From Trueperaceae bacterium (GTDB lineage Bacteria > Deinococcota > Deinococci > Deinococcales > Trueperaceae), in the NCBI GenBank assembly GCA_034521815.1, contig JAXHLW010000013.1, forward strand, positions 1,408,001 to 1,472,000: 64,000 nucleotides of DNA. The letters run 5' to 3'. Shown here piece after piece: positions 22,928 to 32,948 of the stretch. Position 1 is the stretch's first letter. Each line of letters starts with the position of its first letter. The notes beneath the pieces were generated by a model. The model saw nothing but the letters and a program-made list of their open reading frames with translations. It did not search any database and was not told where the DNA came from. The position numbers were made by a program, and so were the translations under genes.

Positions 22928-24001
22928 GTGGCCGGCCCAGTGGCATCATGCGGTCCACTGGATCCGACCTTCGCGGACGTGCGCGCCGCTGCCGACCGAA
23001 TCTCGGGGCTGGTGCGGCGCACGCCGCTGTTGCCCCTCCCTGGGCGTGGACCGGGCGCGCTCCCCGTCGAGGTGCAGGGGGAGGACGCCTCGGCCGTGGA
23101 CGCCTCGGCCTCGGGCCTGTGGGCCAAGCCCGAGAACCTCCAGCTCACCGGCTCGTTCAAGCTGCGCGGCGCCATGAACTTTCTGGCGTCGCTGGACCCC
23201 GGGGTCCGGGCTCGCGGTGTGGTGACGCATTCGAGCGGCAACCACGGCCAGGCCGTCGCCTGCGCGGCCGCCACCTTCGGCGTACCGGCAACGGTGGTGA
23301 TTCCCGAGGGAGCGCCGGCGGTGAAGCTCGAAAGGACCCGCGGCTGGGGTGCGACGGTGCTGCGCTGCGAGAACGATGGCGAGGCCCGTGCCCGCGCCGC
23401 GGACGAAGCGGTCCAGGCCAGCGGCGGGACGCTGGTGCCTCCTTACGACCACGCCTGGATCGTGGCGGGCCAGGGAACGGCCGGTCTGGAGATCGTCCAG
23501 GACCTACCGAACGTGGCGAACGTCCTGGTCTGCGTGGGCGGCGGCGGCCTGTCCGCCGGCACGGTCCTCGCCCTCTCCGAGCTCGCGCCCCATGCCCAGG
23601 TGATCGGCGTGGAGCCCGAGCTGGCCGCCGACGCACGCGATTCTCTGGCCTCGGGCGAGCGCGTCGCCTGGACCCCGGCGCAGACGAACCGAACGATCGC
23701 CGACGGCGTCCGCACCCAGGTGCTGGGCGAGGTGCCGTTCCGCATCCTGAAGGACCGCCTGCACGGCATCGTCACCGTGTCCGAGCACGAGATTCGAGCG
23801 GCGGCCGCCTGGTGGCCGCGGTTCGGCCGGATGGTGGTCGAGCCCACCGGAGCGCTCACGCTGGCCGCGTGGCGGCGTCTGGCGCGCGGCGACGCAGGCG
23901 GTCTTCGTCTCGCAGCGGGCCCGACGGTGCTCGTGATCAGTGGAGGGAACGTCGACGACGACGTTCTCGCCGCGCTTCTGCAAGATCCCGTCCTGCGGTA
24001 G
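22928..24001 (+). CDS. PLP-dependent threonine/serine dehydratase (fold type II)
   Basis: ENLQLTGSFKLRGA, SSGNH, GQGT, VGGGGL, SGGN. Confidence 0.9.
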   Translation: MAGPVASCGPLDPTFADVRAAADRISGLVRRTPLLPLPGRGPGALPVEVQGEDASAVDASASGLWAKPENLQLTGSFKLRGAMNFLASLDPGVRARGVVTHSSGNHGQAVACAAATFGVPATVVIPEGAPAVKLERTRGWGATVLRCENDGEARARAADEAVQASGGTLVPPYDHAWIVAGQGTAGLEIVQDLPNVANVLVCVGGGGLSAGTVLALSELAPHAQVIGVEPELAADARDSLASGERVAWTPAQTNRTIADGVRTQVLGEVPFRILKDRLHGIVTVSEHEIRAAAAWWPRFGRMVVEPTGALTLAAWRRLARGDAGGLRLAAGPTVLVISGGNVDDDVLAALLQDPVLR

Positions 24002-24002
24002 C

Positions 24003-24356
24003 ATGACGTCGATGTCTTCCCTGACGGCGCTGATCGCGCTTTCGTTCGCCACGCTCATCGCGACGCTTCTCGCCGTCTGGCTGACGCTCACGGCGGGCGA
24101 GCGGACGGTCCGCGCCGCCCAGGTCGCCCAAGAGCGCCCCGAGCGGAAACGGTTTGGAGCGGGCCGACGCAGCCGCCGCGCCGAGCTGGACAACGACGCC
24201 GTTCGCGGCGCCCGCGCCCCGCGCAAGAACGCGCCGGTCGACGCCGCCCCACTGCCCAAGGCCGACGGCGACGTACGCGTCGTACCCCGGAAACGTAGCG
24301 GCGAGGACGCCTTCGACCGGTTCCTGGACCCTTCGGTGCGCCGGGACGACTTCTGA
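24003..24356 (+). CDS. Hypothetical small membrane protein
   Basis: One N-terminal TM and a charged tail; abuts both neighbours. Confidence 0.6.
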   Translation: MTSMSSLTALIALSFATLIATLLAVWLTLTAGERTVRAAQVAQERPERKRFGAGRRSRRAELDNDAVRGARAPRKNAPVDAAPLPKADGDVRVVPRKRSGEDAFDRFLDPSVRRDDF

Positions 24357-24363
24357 TCGTTCG

Positions 24364-25524
24364 GTGAACGCTGCCCCCGTGTCGCTGAACGCGCGTCTGA
24401 GCGCCCTGGTCGCGTTGGGCGACCGTCTGGACGCGGCCGACACGGCGACGGCTCCAGGCGAAGCCCTTCGCGCGGTCGTGCCGGAGCTGGGCCTTCAGGC
24501 CGGATGGGTCTTCCTGACCGACACGGTTCTAGGCGATGTGCGCAGCGGCACGCTGTCCCTGGCGGACGGCTTCGGGCTACCCTCGGCACTGGCCCACGAC
24601 GACGCCAGCGCGCTTCGGTGCGGCGGCTGCGAATGCCAGCGGCGGTTTCGTGATGGCGCGTTGGCGCACGGCGTGAACATGGTGAGGTGCAGCCGACTGG
24701 CCGCGGCCGCCGGCCGAACGGACGGGCTCGAGCTTCACGCCAGCGTCCCGGTGCGCGGACGAGCGGGCCCCTTCGGCATCCTCAACCTCGCGGCGCCCGG
24801 CGAGCGTCGGTTCACGGAGGACGAGCTCGCCTTCCTCGACGTCGTCGGGCGTCAGCTGGGCGCAGCCCTGGAACGGGGTCGTCTCGCGGAGGCCAGGACG
24901 GAGGCGACCCGTTTCGGCGCTGCGCTCGAAGAGCGCCATCGGCTCGCACGCGAGCTGCACGACGCCCTGTCGCAGCTCCTGTTCGCGAGCACCCTGCAGC
25001 TGCGCCTGGCGCGCGAGGAGGGCGGCGATGCCGAGCCGATCGCACGTGCCGAGAGCCTGCTGTCCGACGCACGGGGTGAGCTCCGCGCACTGGTCGAGAC
25101 CAGCCGCTCCCCCGATCTGTCGGCCGGGCTGGTCCCCGCGCTGGCCCGCCTGGCGGACAGAATGGCGCCCAGCGTGACGGTCCACCTCGACGCCGCGCCG
25201 GCCCGCCCTAGCGCCGAGGTCGCGGAGGCGCTGTACCGCGTGACCCAGGAAGCGGTCCACAACGCGGTCCGCCATGGCGACGCGCAGCACCTGCGGATCG
25301 CTCTGGAACGGTCGGTCGCGGACTCACTGCGCCTCTCGGTCCAGGACGATGGCCGAGGATGCGACCCGCAGGTGGCGACCCGAGGGCCCGGCCTACGAGG
25401 AGCGTCGGAGAGGATCGCCTCGCTGGGCGGCACGCTCCAGGTCGATCGGAGCGACGCGGGAGGCCTACGAATCGTGGTCGAGATCCCCTCCAGCGCGCGC
25501 TGGTCGGACGAGGACGCTTCATGA
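24364..25524 (+). CDS. GAF-domain sensor histidine kinase (HisKA_3 type)
   Basis: Cys-containing GAF (CGGCEC, RCSRL, HASVP), ERHRLARELHD, QEAVHNAVRH, DDGRG. Confidence 0.88.
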   Translation: MNAAPVSLNARLSALVALGDRLDAADTATAPGEALRAVVPELGLQAGWVFLTDTVLGDVRSGTLSLADGFGLPSALAHDDASALRCGGCECQRRFRDGALAHGVNMVRCSRLAAAAGRTDGLELHASVPVRGRAGPFGILNLAAPGERRFTEDELAFLDVVGRQLGAALERGRLAEARTEATRFGAALEERHRLARELHDALSQLLFASTLQLRLAREEGGDAEPIARAESLLSDARGELRALVETSRSPDLSAGLVPALARLADRMAPSVTVHLDAAPARPSAEVAEALYRVTQEAVHNAVRHGDAQHLRIALERSVADSLRLSVQDDGRGCDPQVATRGPGLRGASERIASLGGTLQVDRSDAGGLRIVVEIPSSARWSDEDAS

Positions 25525-26276
25525 GCCGTCCGGGCTCCCGTCGAAGCGGTCGACGCGGCCGTCGCGACGCTGCTGGTCGACGACCATCCCGTCGTCCGGG
25601 CCGGCTTGCGCGCGTACCTCGAGCGCCACGCGGGGCTGCGGATCGTGGGCGAGGTGGACGGCCTGGCGCAAGCCCGCGCGTGGCTCGAGCGGGCTGCGTC
25701 CGGCGAGCACGGCACGACACGTCCCGGTCTCGGCAACGCCGCGTCCGAGCACGCACCGTCCGAGCATGCACCGTCCGAGCCTCCAGAGCTGGTGATCTTG
25801 GACCTGAAGCTCCGCGACGGGGCCGGAACGGAGCTGATCCCCGACGTGCACCGGTTGGCGCCCGGAGCCCGGATCCTGATCCTGTCCAGCTTTCCCGAGG
25901 AGGACGCCGTCCGTGCTGCCATGCGAGCGGGCGCGCACGGTTGGCTGGACAAACAGCAGGACCCGTCGGCTCTGGCCGACGCGGTTCGGGCGTCGCTGCG
26001 CGGCGAGCTGCCGATGGCGGCCGAGGCGGTCCGCGCACTGAGCGCACCACCGCGGAGCGATCCGTTCGACGCGCTCACCCCGCGCGAGCGCCAAGTGCTG
26101 GACGGCATCGCGGACGGCCTGTCCAACCGCGAGATCGCAGGGCGCCTGGGCGTGCGCGAGAAGACCGTCAAGACGCACGCCGGCAGCATCTACACCAAGC
26201 TGGGCGTCGACCGGCGCACGCAGGCCGCCCTGCTGGCACGCGAGCACGGTGCTGCCGGGCCGCACGGGCCCGGTGA
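25521..26276 (+). CDS. NarL/LuxR response regulator (indels near start and end)
   Basis: VDDHPVVR, ILDL, LTPRERQVL, SNREIA, TVKTH; ATG 25521 and TGA 26276 are each off-frame relative to the coding frame. Confidence 0.82.
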   Translation: MSRPGSRRSGRRGRRDAAGRRPSRRPGRLARVPRAPRGAADRGRGGRPGASPRVARAGCVRRARHDTSRSRQRRVRARTVRACTVRASRAGDLGPEAPRRGRNGADPRRAPVGARSPDPDPVQLSRGGRRPCCHASGRARLAGQTAGPVGSGRRGSGVAARRAADGGRGGPRTERTTAERSVRRAHPARAPSAGRHRGRPVQPRDRRAPGRAREDRQDARRQHLHQAGRRPAHAGRPAGTRARCCRAARAR

Positions 26277-26425
26277 GGACGGTCCCAGCGACGACGGGTT
26301 CGGTGGACGACCCAGGCGCTTGAATGCCGTCCGCCTGCGACCTTGGTCGCAGGCGGACGCGCGACCAAGGCCCGATGCCCGGCAGGGGCGGGACGACGCA
26401 TCCTTCGAGGCGAAGGAGGCACGCC

Positions 26426-26630
26426 ATGTTCTCGCACCCCGACGTTCTTCTCAGAATCGCCCGATCCACCGTCACCGAGCGCGCCGGCCGTGCCGCGTCG
26501 CGTGCTCGCGCTCGCTCCGCAAGCCCCGAACGCGATCACCCGAGGCCACGAGTCCAGCCACGAGTCCAGCGCCTGGAGCCCGCTCTTCGTCCTTCTTCGT
26601 CAGCTCTCCACGCTGCGAGGAGGCCGGTGA
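26426..26630 (+). CDS. Small hypothetical protein (probable frameshift)
   Basis: Strong AAGGAGG RBS then MFSHPDVLLRIAR; end uncertain. Confidence 0.4.
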
Positions 26631-26783
26631 CCGGCTCGACCTGCTGCCGAGCGAGGCGGCCCCCGACCGTCGCCTCGCGCCATCCGGAGCCACGGGAACG
26701 GCGGGCGTCCGAAGACGCCCGCCGAAGCCGCGATCCCGCGAGCACGTGCTGCTCGTACGTGCTGCCCTACGTGCCCGCGCCCG

Positions 26784-27437
26784 TCAGGCGGTCGCGGTCG
26801 TGAGCTCCTGCAGGCGCCGGTAGGCGAGGTCGGCACGCTCGCGCAGCTTCTCGTCCTGGCTGCGGCCCGCCATCATCAGGTGCATGTTCATGTGCTGGTC
26901 GACGTCGCCGAAGATCGAGTTGAGGATCTCGACCTCCTGATTGCTGCGGAGGCTGGCGTCCTCGCGGAACAGCGTGGTGTAGCTGAACTCGAACTGGCGG
27001 TCGTCGATCGCGCCGGACAGGTACTGCTGAAGCACCGTCATGTACGGCGCGAGGTCGCTCTGGTCGCCGGAGCCGGCCGAGACCGCAGCGCCGCCCACCG
27101 GGAGCTGCGCGAACCCTTCGTCCAGCGTGTCGGGCGTGATGTTCCAGTTGTCCACGGCGAACACGGCCTGGCCGTCACGGAACAGGATGACCTGCGGGCT
27201 CTCGTGACGAACCCCCGTCTTCTCGCTCACCAGGTTGCTGGCGGACCGAGCCTCGACCACGCGGATCACGCCGACCATCAGGTCCTCGCGCGGGTCGACC
27301 TTCTCCTGCACGAACCCGAAGCCCTGCATGGTCTTGTGGCACGTGCCGGCCTTGAACACGACGCTGGTCGGGTGGTCGGTCAGGAACGTCTCGACCTCGT
27401 CGGGGCTCGTCAGATTGACGATTCGATCTCTCAGCAT
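26784..27437 (-). CDS. YtxJ/BrxC (DUF2847) monothiol thioredoxin-like protein with an extra C-terminal helical domain
   Basis: GGAGG RBS; FKAGTCHKT and VRHESPQVILFRDG. Confidence 0.75.
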   Translation of the reverse strand: MLRDRIVNLTSPDEVETFLTDHPTSVVFKAGTCHKTMQGFGFVQEKVDPREDLMVGVIRVVEARSASNLVSEKTGVRHESPQVILFRDGQAVFAVDNWNITPDTLDEGFAQLPVGGAAVSAGSGDQSDLAPYMTVLQQYLSGAIDDRQFEFSYTTLFREDASLRSNQEVEILNSIFGDVDQHMNMHLMMAGRSQDEKLRERADLAYRRLQELTTATA

Positions 27438-27646
27438 AGGTCCTCCCTCTCGTGGGCATCGTACAGATAGGGACGCGCGTAACGATGTCGCCGAAACGGC
27501 AATTCCGAGCGGAGCGCTCGGAACCGCACGGCGTCGTAGCCGGCTCGCGGCCCGCGCGGCACCCGACTCGCAGGCGACGCCAGCGCCCGATGGAGGCTCG
27601 CTGTCCGTATCTCCGAGGGCGCGGCCTCCTCCGCGCCACCTCCTGA

Positions 27647-27763
27647 CCGGCGGCCCACGCCCGCCGGCGCCGCGGAGGCAAAGGGGACGCACGTCCTCGG
27701 GAGACGCACGTCCAGCACCGACTTCGAGCCCATCGCCGGGCTCGCGAGCGTGGGTCGCGACCC
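27647..27763 (+). ncRNA. Candidate structured 5' leader RNA
   Basis: 10-bp closing stem 27651-60/27748-57, internal hairpin 27725-44, 11-nt direct repeat GACGCACGTCC. Confidence 0.4.
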
Positions 27764-27782
27764 GAAGCGACGAGGACTCGAC

Positions 27783-29044
27783 ATGACCAAGCAGAAGACG
27801 TTCAAGAAGCGCGTGCGCGCACGGATGGACAAGACCGGCGAGCGGTACGCCGCCGCGCGCCGCCGCCTCCTGCCCGAGGTAAGCGACGGGGACGGCACGG
27901 ACCGCTCGACCAGCGGCGGTGTCCATCCCGCCACGACGGCCTTCCGGCTACTGCTCGACCACGCGGGACACGACCTCTCGGAGGCGTCGCTGCTCGTCGC
28001 AGGTGGAGGCGTCGGCATCGGCGTGTTCGCGTTCCACTACCCGGAGTTCTCGACGCTGTTCCTCGCCGGGCGGCATCTGTGGCACGACGACCTGGCGTTC
28101 TTGCAGGGCTTGGCCGAACGACTGGGCGCGACGCTCGACGTGCGCCGAGACCGGCGGCGCGAAGAAGGCCCGCACCGACCTCCTCGAGATGGTCGAGCGG
28201 GGACCGGTCGTGGCGTTCGTCGACCTCGGCACGCTGGGGCACCGCGGCGGGGTCGAGGCGTACTACGTCGTCGTCGTGCTGGACGTGGACGTCGAGACGG
28301 GCACCGCCCGGATCGCCGACCTGGCCGCGCAGCCGATCGACGTTCCGCTGGACACGCTGATGGCGGCACGCGCCCAAGCACCGCGGATTCGAGGACCCGG
28401 CTGCTGCGCCTCGACACCGCACCCGACGCGATCGACGTCGCGGCTGCCGCCCGCGCGGGCATCCGCGCTTGCATCGACGGCTTCGACGATCCACCCATGC
28501 GTGGCAGCAACTTCCGCGTGGACGGGCTCGACGCCCTCGCCAAACGCATGCGCGGTGGCGGCGAGGACGCGTGGAGCGAGGTGTTCCCCCTGGACCGCGT
28601 CTCTGGGCCGCCCTCGGGTCGTTCTACGAGTACGTCCAGCACTACGGCAGCGGAGGCGGACTGATGCGGACGTTCTATGCCGAGGCGCTGCGGGAGAACG
28701 GCGCGACCATCGACCTGGACGTCGGGGCTGCCGCCGACGCCTACGCGGCGCTCGGGGCGGCCTGGTCGGACGCCGCTCGCGCCTGCCTCCCTGACGACGT
28801 GCCCGAGCTCGCTGCGCTCGCTGCGACGATCGACGAGATCTACGACGTGTACCTGGCGCGCGGGACCGACGCGAACGAGGAGCTGGAAGCGCTGCGGGCG
28901 CGGCGGTCCGAGATCGACCAGGGCCCGTTCCCGCTGTCCGTGGCCGCGACGAGCGAGCTGGTGCACGAGCTCGCCGATCGGGTGGACGCCCTGGCGAGCC
29001 TCGAGCGGGAGGCGGTCGAGACGCTCCGGGATATCGGCGCCTGA
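27783..29044 (+). CDS. BtrH-N/DUF4872-like protein with basic N-terminal module (about 3 indels)
   Basis: GAGG RBS; MTKQKTFKKRVRARMDKTGERYAAARRRL; LSEASLLVAGGGVG; GPVVAFVD; GGGLMRTFYAEAL; joined across frames at ~28145, ~28385, ~28590. Confidence 0.7.
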
Positions 29045-29080
29045 CGCTGCGGAACATGCAGAGAGCCGGCTCGGGAGCCT

Positions 29081-29874
29081 TCACGTTGGCGACGTAGGTC
29101 GGCGATGGGCGTGACCACCGGCGCCGGTGGTCACGCCAGACGTGGCAGCGATCAGGCTCTCCTTGCCGCGGATCGTCGCGCCCCGGATCAGCGCGCTGTA
29201 GGCCAGGGTGACGACGGCGATCACCACCACGGCCAGCGCCGCCCGGGTGGTCGGCGCAATCCACGCGCCCCGTTCGCCGAACAGGTAGATCACGGCGACG
29301 GCAGGCGCCCCCACCGTCATGAGCGAAACGAGGGAGCCCCACCACGGCCCGCCTCGGTAGTAGGCGATCGCGGCGAGCACGCCGAGCGAGGCCATCGCGA
29401 AGAAGCGCAGGAACGCCTCGAACATCAAGGAGCCTATCGAGGCGGTGCGAGGGGCCAGCGTCCCCTCCGCGTCGTGCGTCCAGCCGTACGCGTCCAAGAC
29501 CAACTGACTCGACGACGAGCCCGACCGGCACCAAGAGCGCCAGCAGGGCGGCAGCAGCCATCATCGTCCAGCCGAGCGCGGCCGCGAGGCTCCGCCTCGT
29601 CATGCCGTGCGCCACGTGGACGGGCAGGTGCTGCTTGGTGAGCGCGGCGCCCATGACGAACAGGAACCAGGCAGGCGCGTTGACGGCGACGCCCATCGCC
29701 ACGTCGCTGCCGTCGGCTTCCCGCCAGAACGCGAACGATCGCGTAGAGAAGGACCGGGGCCGTGATCACGATCGGGGCGAACCAGACCAGCACCTTGCCG
29801 AGCGACCTCGTCAGGACAGCGACGGCGACGGGTAGCGGGGTCGGACGGGGCTCGCGCGACGGTGTGGAGGTCAT
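29081..29874 (-). CDS. ABC exporter membrane subunit (frameshifted)
   Basis: Hydrophobic segments across frames; KQHLPVHVAHGMTRR; follows the ABC ATPase. Confidence 0.7.
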
Positions 29875-30752
29875 GCGGCATCCCTTCCGGGCTCCGTGAG
29901 GTGGACGAACAGGTCCTGCAGCGAGACCGAGCCGAGCGTGAGGCCGAGCTCGCCGGCGCGGCGTCGGCCGGCGTCGTCGAGGTGGCCGTGCAGCGTCACC
30001 GCCGCCGTGCGACCGAGAACCTGTCTGCGCAGCACTGTGGTACCCGCCACGAAGGCGTCCACTCGGTCCGCCGGTCCCGTCACGGTCACGCCCTGGGCGG
30101 CGAGCGCGTCGGCCGCGTCGGCGACGAGGAGCCTGCCGCGGTCGAGGATCACCACGTGCTCGAACAGCCGCTCGATCTCCTCGATCAGATGGCTCGACAG
30201 GACGACGGTGCGCGGGTGGGCCATGTAGTCGGCGAGGAGCTCGTCGTAGAACGCGTAGCGTGTCGGAGCGTCCATCCCCAGGTAGACCTCGTCGAACAGG
30301 GTCAGCGGCGCGCGAGACGCCAATCCGATCGCGGCGCCGAGCGCCGAGCGTTGACCGCGCGACAGCGCGCTCACCGAAGCCTTGCGCGGCAGCTCGAAGA
30401 GGTCCACGAGCCGACGCGCGAACGCTTCGTCCCAGCCCGCACGTGTGCGCGAGGCGTAGCGCAGCGCGGCGTCGACCCGGTCGTCGAGCACGTCGCCCCC
30501 TTCGCGCACGAGGCAGATGCCCGCCATCACACGGGCGTTCTCGAACGGCGGCTCGCCGTCGACGAGCACGCGACCGGACGTGGGACGCCGGAACGCCGCG
30601 ACGGTGGACAGCAACGTGGTCTTGCCCGATCCGTTGCGGCCGAGAAGGCCACAGATCGTGCCGGGCTCGACGCGGAAGCCGACCCCGTCGAGCGCGCGGG
30701 TGGCGCCGAAGCGCACGCCCAGGTCCTGGACCTCGAACCCGAAGGGCCTCAC
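29871..30752 (-). CDS. ABC transporter ATP-binding protein
   Basis: GRNGSGKT, LSRGQ, FDE, SSH. Confidence 0.92.
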   Translation of the reverse strand: MRPFGFEVQDLGVRFGATRALDGVGFRVEPGTICGLLGRNGSGKTTLLSTVAAFRRPTSGRVLVDGEPPFENARVMAGICLVREGGDVLDDRVDAALRYASRTRAGWDEAFARRLVDLFELPRKASVSALSRGQRSALGAAIGLASRAPLTLFDEVYLGMDAPTRYAFYDELLADYMAHPRTVVLSSHLIEEIERLFEHVVILDRGRLLVADAADALAAQGVTVTGPADRVDAFVAGTTVLRRQVLGRTAAVTLHGHLDDAGRRRAGELGLTLGSVSLQDLFVHLTEPGRDAA

Positions 30753-31123
30753 GCTACCTCGTCCTCCGGCCGCGCGCTGGCATCGAGATGGGAGCGCAGC
30801 TCGGCGATGGGGACGCCGATGCGGCGCGCCTCCTCGATCGCCGGGTCGAGCACCTCCTCGAAGAAGCGGGCGCGCCGAGCCTCCCTCAGACGCTCGCGGG
30901 CGCCTGGGGCCACGAACATGCCGACGCCGCGCCGCTTGTAGAGCACGCCTTCGGCGACGAGCTCCGCGAACGCCTTCGCCGCGGTGGCCGGATTGATCCT
31001 GAACTCGCTAGCGTACTGGTTCGTCGACATCACGGGCTCGTCCTCCAGGAGGGTGCCGGCGACCACGTCCTGCCGGATCTGGTCGGCGATTTGTCGGTAG
31101 ATGGGGTCACGACCGTCGAACAC
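30749..31123 (-). CDS. GntR family regulator (YtrA subfamily)
   Basis: PIYRQI, INPATAAKAF, KRRGVGMFV; short protein heading an ABC operon. Confidence 0.9.
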   Translation of the reverse strand: MFDGRDPIYRQIADQIRQDVVAGTLLEDEPVMSTNQYASEFRINPATAAKAFAELVAEGVLYKRRGVGMFVAPGARERLREARRARFFEEVLDPAIEEARRIGVPIAELRSHLDASARPEDEVA

Positions 31124-31164
31124 GGTCGGCCCGTCGGCGGGGATGGGTGGGTCGTCGCTTGGCG

Positions 31165-31213
31165 CATGGGTTCATTACTTCACTAATTAACCATGGAAGG
31201 CCCGCGACGTCAA
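31165..31213 (-). promoter_or_regulatory. AT-rich imperfect inverted repeat (putative YtrA-type operator) overlapping the promoter
   Basis: CATGGGTTCATTACT-tc-ACTAATTAACCATG; TTGACG on the minus strand at 31208-31213. Confidence 0.6.
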
Positions 31214-31395
31214 GTCCTAGGCATCGAGCCCCTGGCGGATCGGCGCCCAGCACCCAACCCACTCGGTCGCCTGCGGTACGGAGGCGAGCAGCGCCGCGCG
31301 CGACGCACCATCCCCAGCGGCTCCGGAACCCAGCGTGGCCGGCCGCGCTAGGCGGCCGGCCACGAAGTGTCGGCGACGTCGTCAGGGGTCGGTGC

Positions 31396-32516
31396 TCAGT
31401 ACGTCGCTTCGAGCGTGAACTCGCCGCGGATGTCGGAGCCGTCATCGATCACGACGCGAACGGTCTTCTCCGTACCGTCCAGCGTGCCGCGGTAGGTGAC
31501 GACCCAGCCGCCGGCGGAGGTAGCGATCGGCAGCTCCGTCAGATCGAACGCGCTGAATCCGTCCCAATCGAAGAAGGTGCCGCCGGTGCCTTCCGCGCCC
31601 GTGAACACCTTCATGTTCTCGCCGCAGGTGACGCTCCCCGGGGCCCGACCACGTGGACCGTCGAGTTCCCGCTCAGGTCGCTCAGCAGGTCGTCGGTCGC
31701 GGGCGGAGCCCAGCCTTCCCAGCCTGCGTAGCTCGAGAACTCGGACTCGAACGTGGTGTCGGTGTGCGAACAGACGTCGGTGACGACGATCAGGGTCTTC
31801 TGCGCGCCCGCGCGCCAGTCCAGGTCGGTGGCCGCGAAGTCCAGCGCCCCGATCGCGTTCTCCGGATTGTCGCCACCGCCGCGCGGGGAGTCGTCGGTGA
31901 CGAAGGTCTGGAACGCATCGTAGTCGTCGGTCAACGGGAGCGTCGGCCGGACGTTGCCGTCGAAGGTGGGCGGGGTCCGATCTTCCAGCGAGGTGCCGCG
32001 GACGGGCGTGTCGACGTCGGCGACGGTGTCGAACGCGTCACCGAAGGTGACGGCGCCGAGCCGAACGTCGAGCCCCGCTCCGTCGAGGTGATCGGCGAAG
32101 GCGATGATCGAGTCCTGGACGCTATCCAGACCGGATCCCATGCTGAACGTCGTGTCGAACACGAACACGACGTCGGCCGCCGCGCGCACCTCGCCGCCGA
32201 TGCGCTCGACGGTGATGCCCTTGACCGTGCCGGCCTCGACGACGGTGAAGGCGCTTGCGGGCAGCTCGGCGAGCTGGGCGACGCTGAGCGAGCCGGTCTC
32301 GGGTTCGGTGAAGCCGGCGACGTTGATCTCCATCAGGTCGCCGCCCTCGTCGCTGGGTCCGATCGACCCGGACGTGGCGACGGTCGGATCCGTGATCGGA
32401 TCGGGCGGCGGGGTGCCGGGGTCGGCGTACGGGTCGCTGCCGCCACCCTCGCTGGTACAGGCGGCGGCGAGCACCGCGACGACGAGGATAGAGAGGAGTT
32501 TCGCTACGGGTTTCAT
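31396..32516 (-). CDS. vWA-domain lipoprotein (frameshift near 31625)
   Basis: GGAGG RBS; lipobox LAAAC; MIDAS DVVFVFDTTFSM, GGDNPE, WR..VVTD. Confidence 0.82.
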
Positions 32517-32898
32517 GGGGACCTCCCGGGTTCGAGGACGTTGCGCGAGAAGACGGATCCGATACGTGGACCACGGTCGACGACGCGGCGTGTACGCCCG
32601 TGCCCGAAGCACGATGCGCGCCCGAGGGGCGGTCGTCGATTACCTTCCCAACGCGGTCGCAGACCGTAACGAAGAACGATCGGGCGCGACGTACACGGGT
32701 GACACACTCGAGTGTCCCGCGATGCTGTCGCCGTTCTGCCTTCCGCCAGGCGGTACGGCTGCGCCCCTGCCGAGCCCTCCATTGGCCGCGCCCTTCGGCT
32801 AGGCGCCGCCGTCCCGTGCGTCGCCACGCGCCGTCCCCTAGGGGGCCGAGCGGAACGCCAACGCGCGATACACGCCGTGAGCGTGGGAGCGGTTCGCG

Positions 32899-32927
32899 TT
32901 GACCCCCCTCCCCCTCCCTGCTAGACT
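32899..32927 (+). promoter_or_regulatory. tRNA promoter TTGACC-N17-TAGACT
   Basis: Near-consensus hexamers with 17-nt spacer, 21 nt upstream of the tRNA. Confidence 0.8.
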
Positions 32928-32948
32928 CCCCGTTGCCGCTGACGTCCT

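Noticed and set aside
32704-32715. Perfect 12-bp palindrome ACACTCGAGTGT
   Set aside because: Single occurrence with no linked regulator; cannot be distinguished from chance
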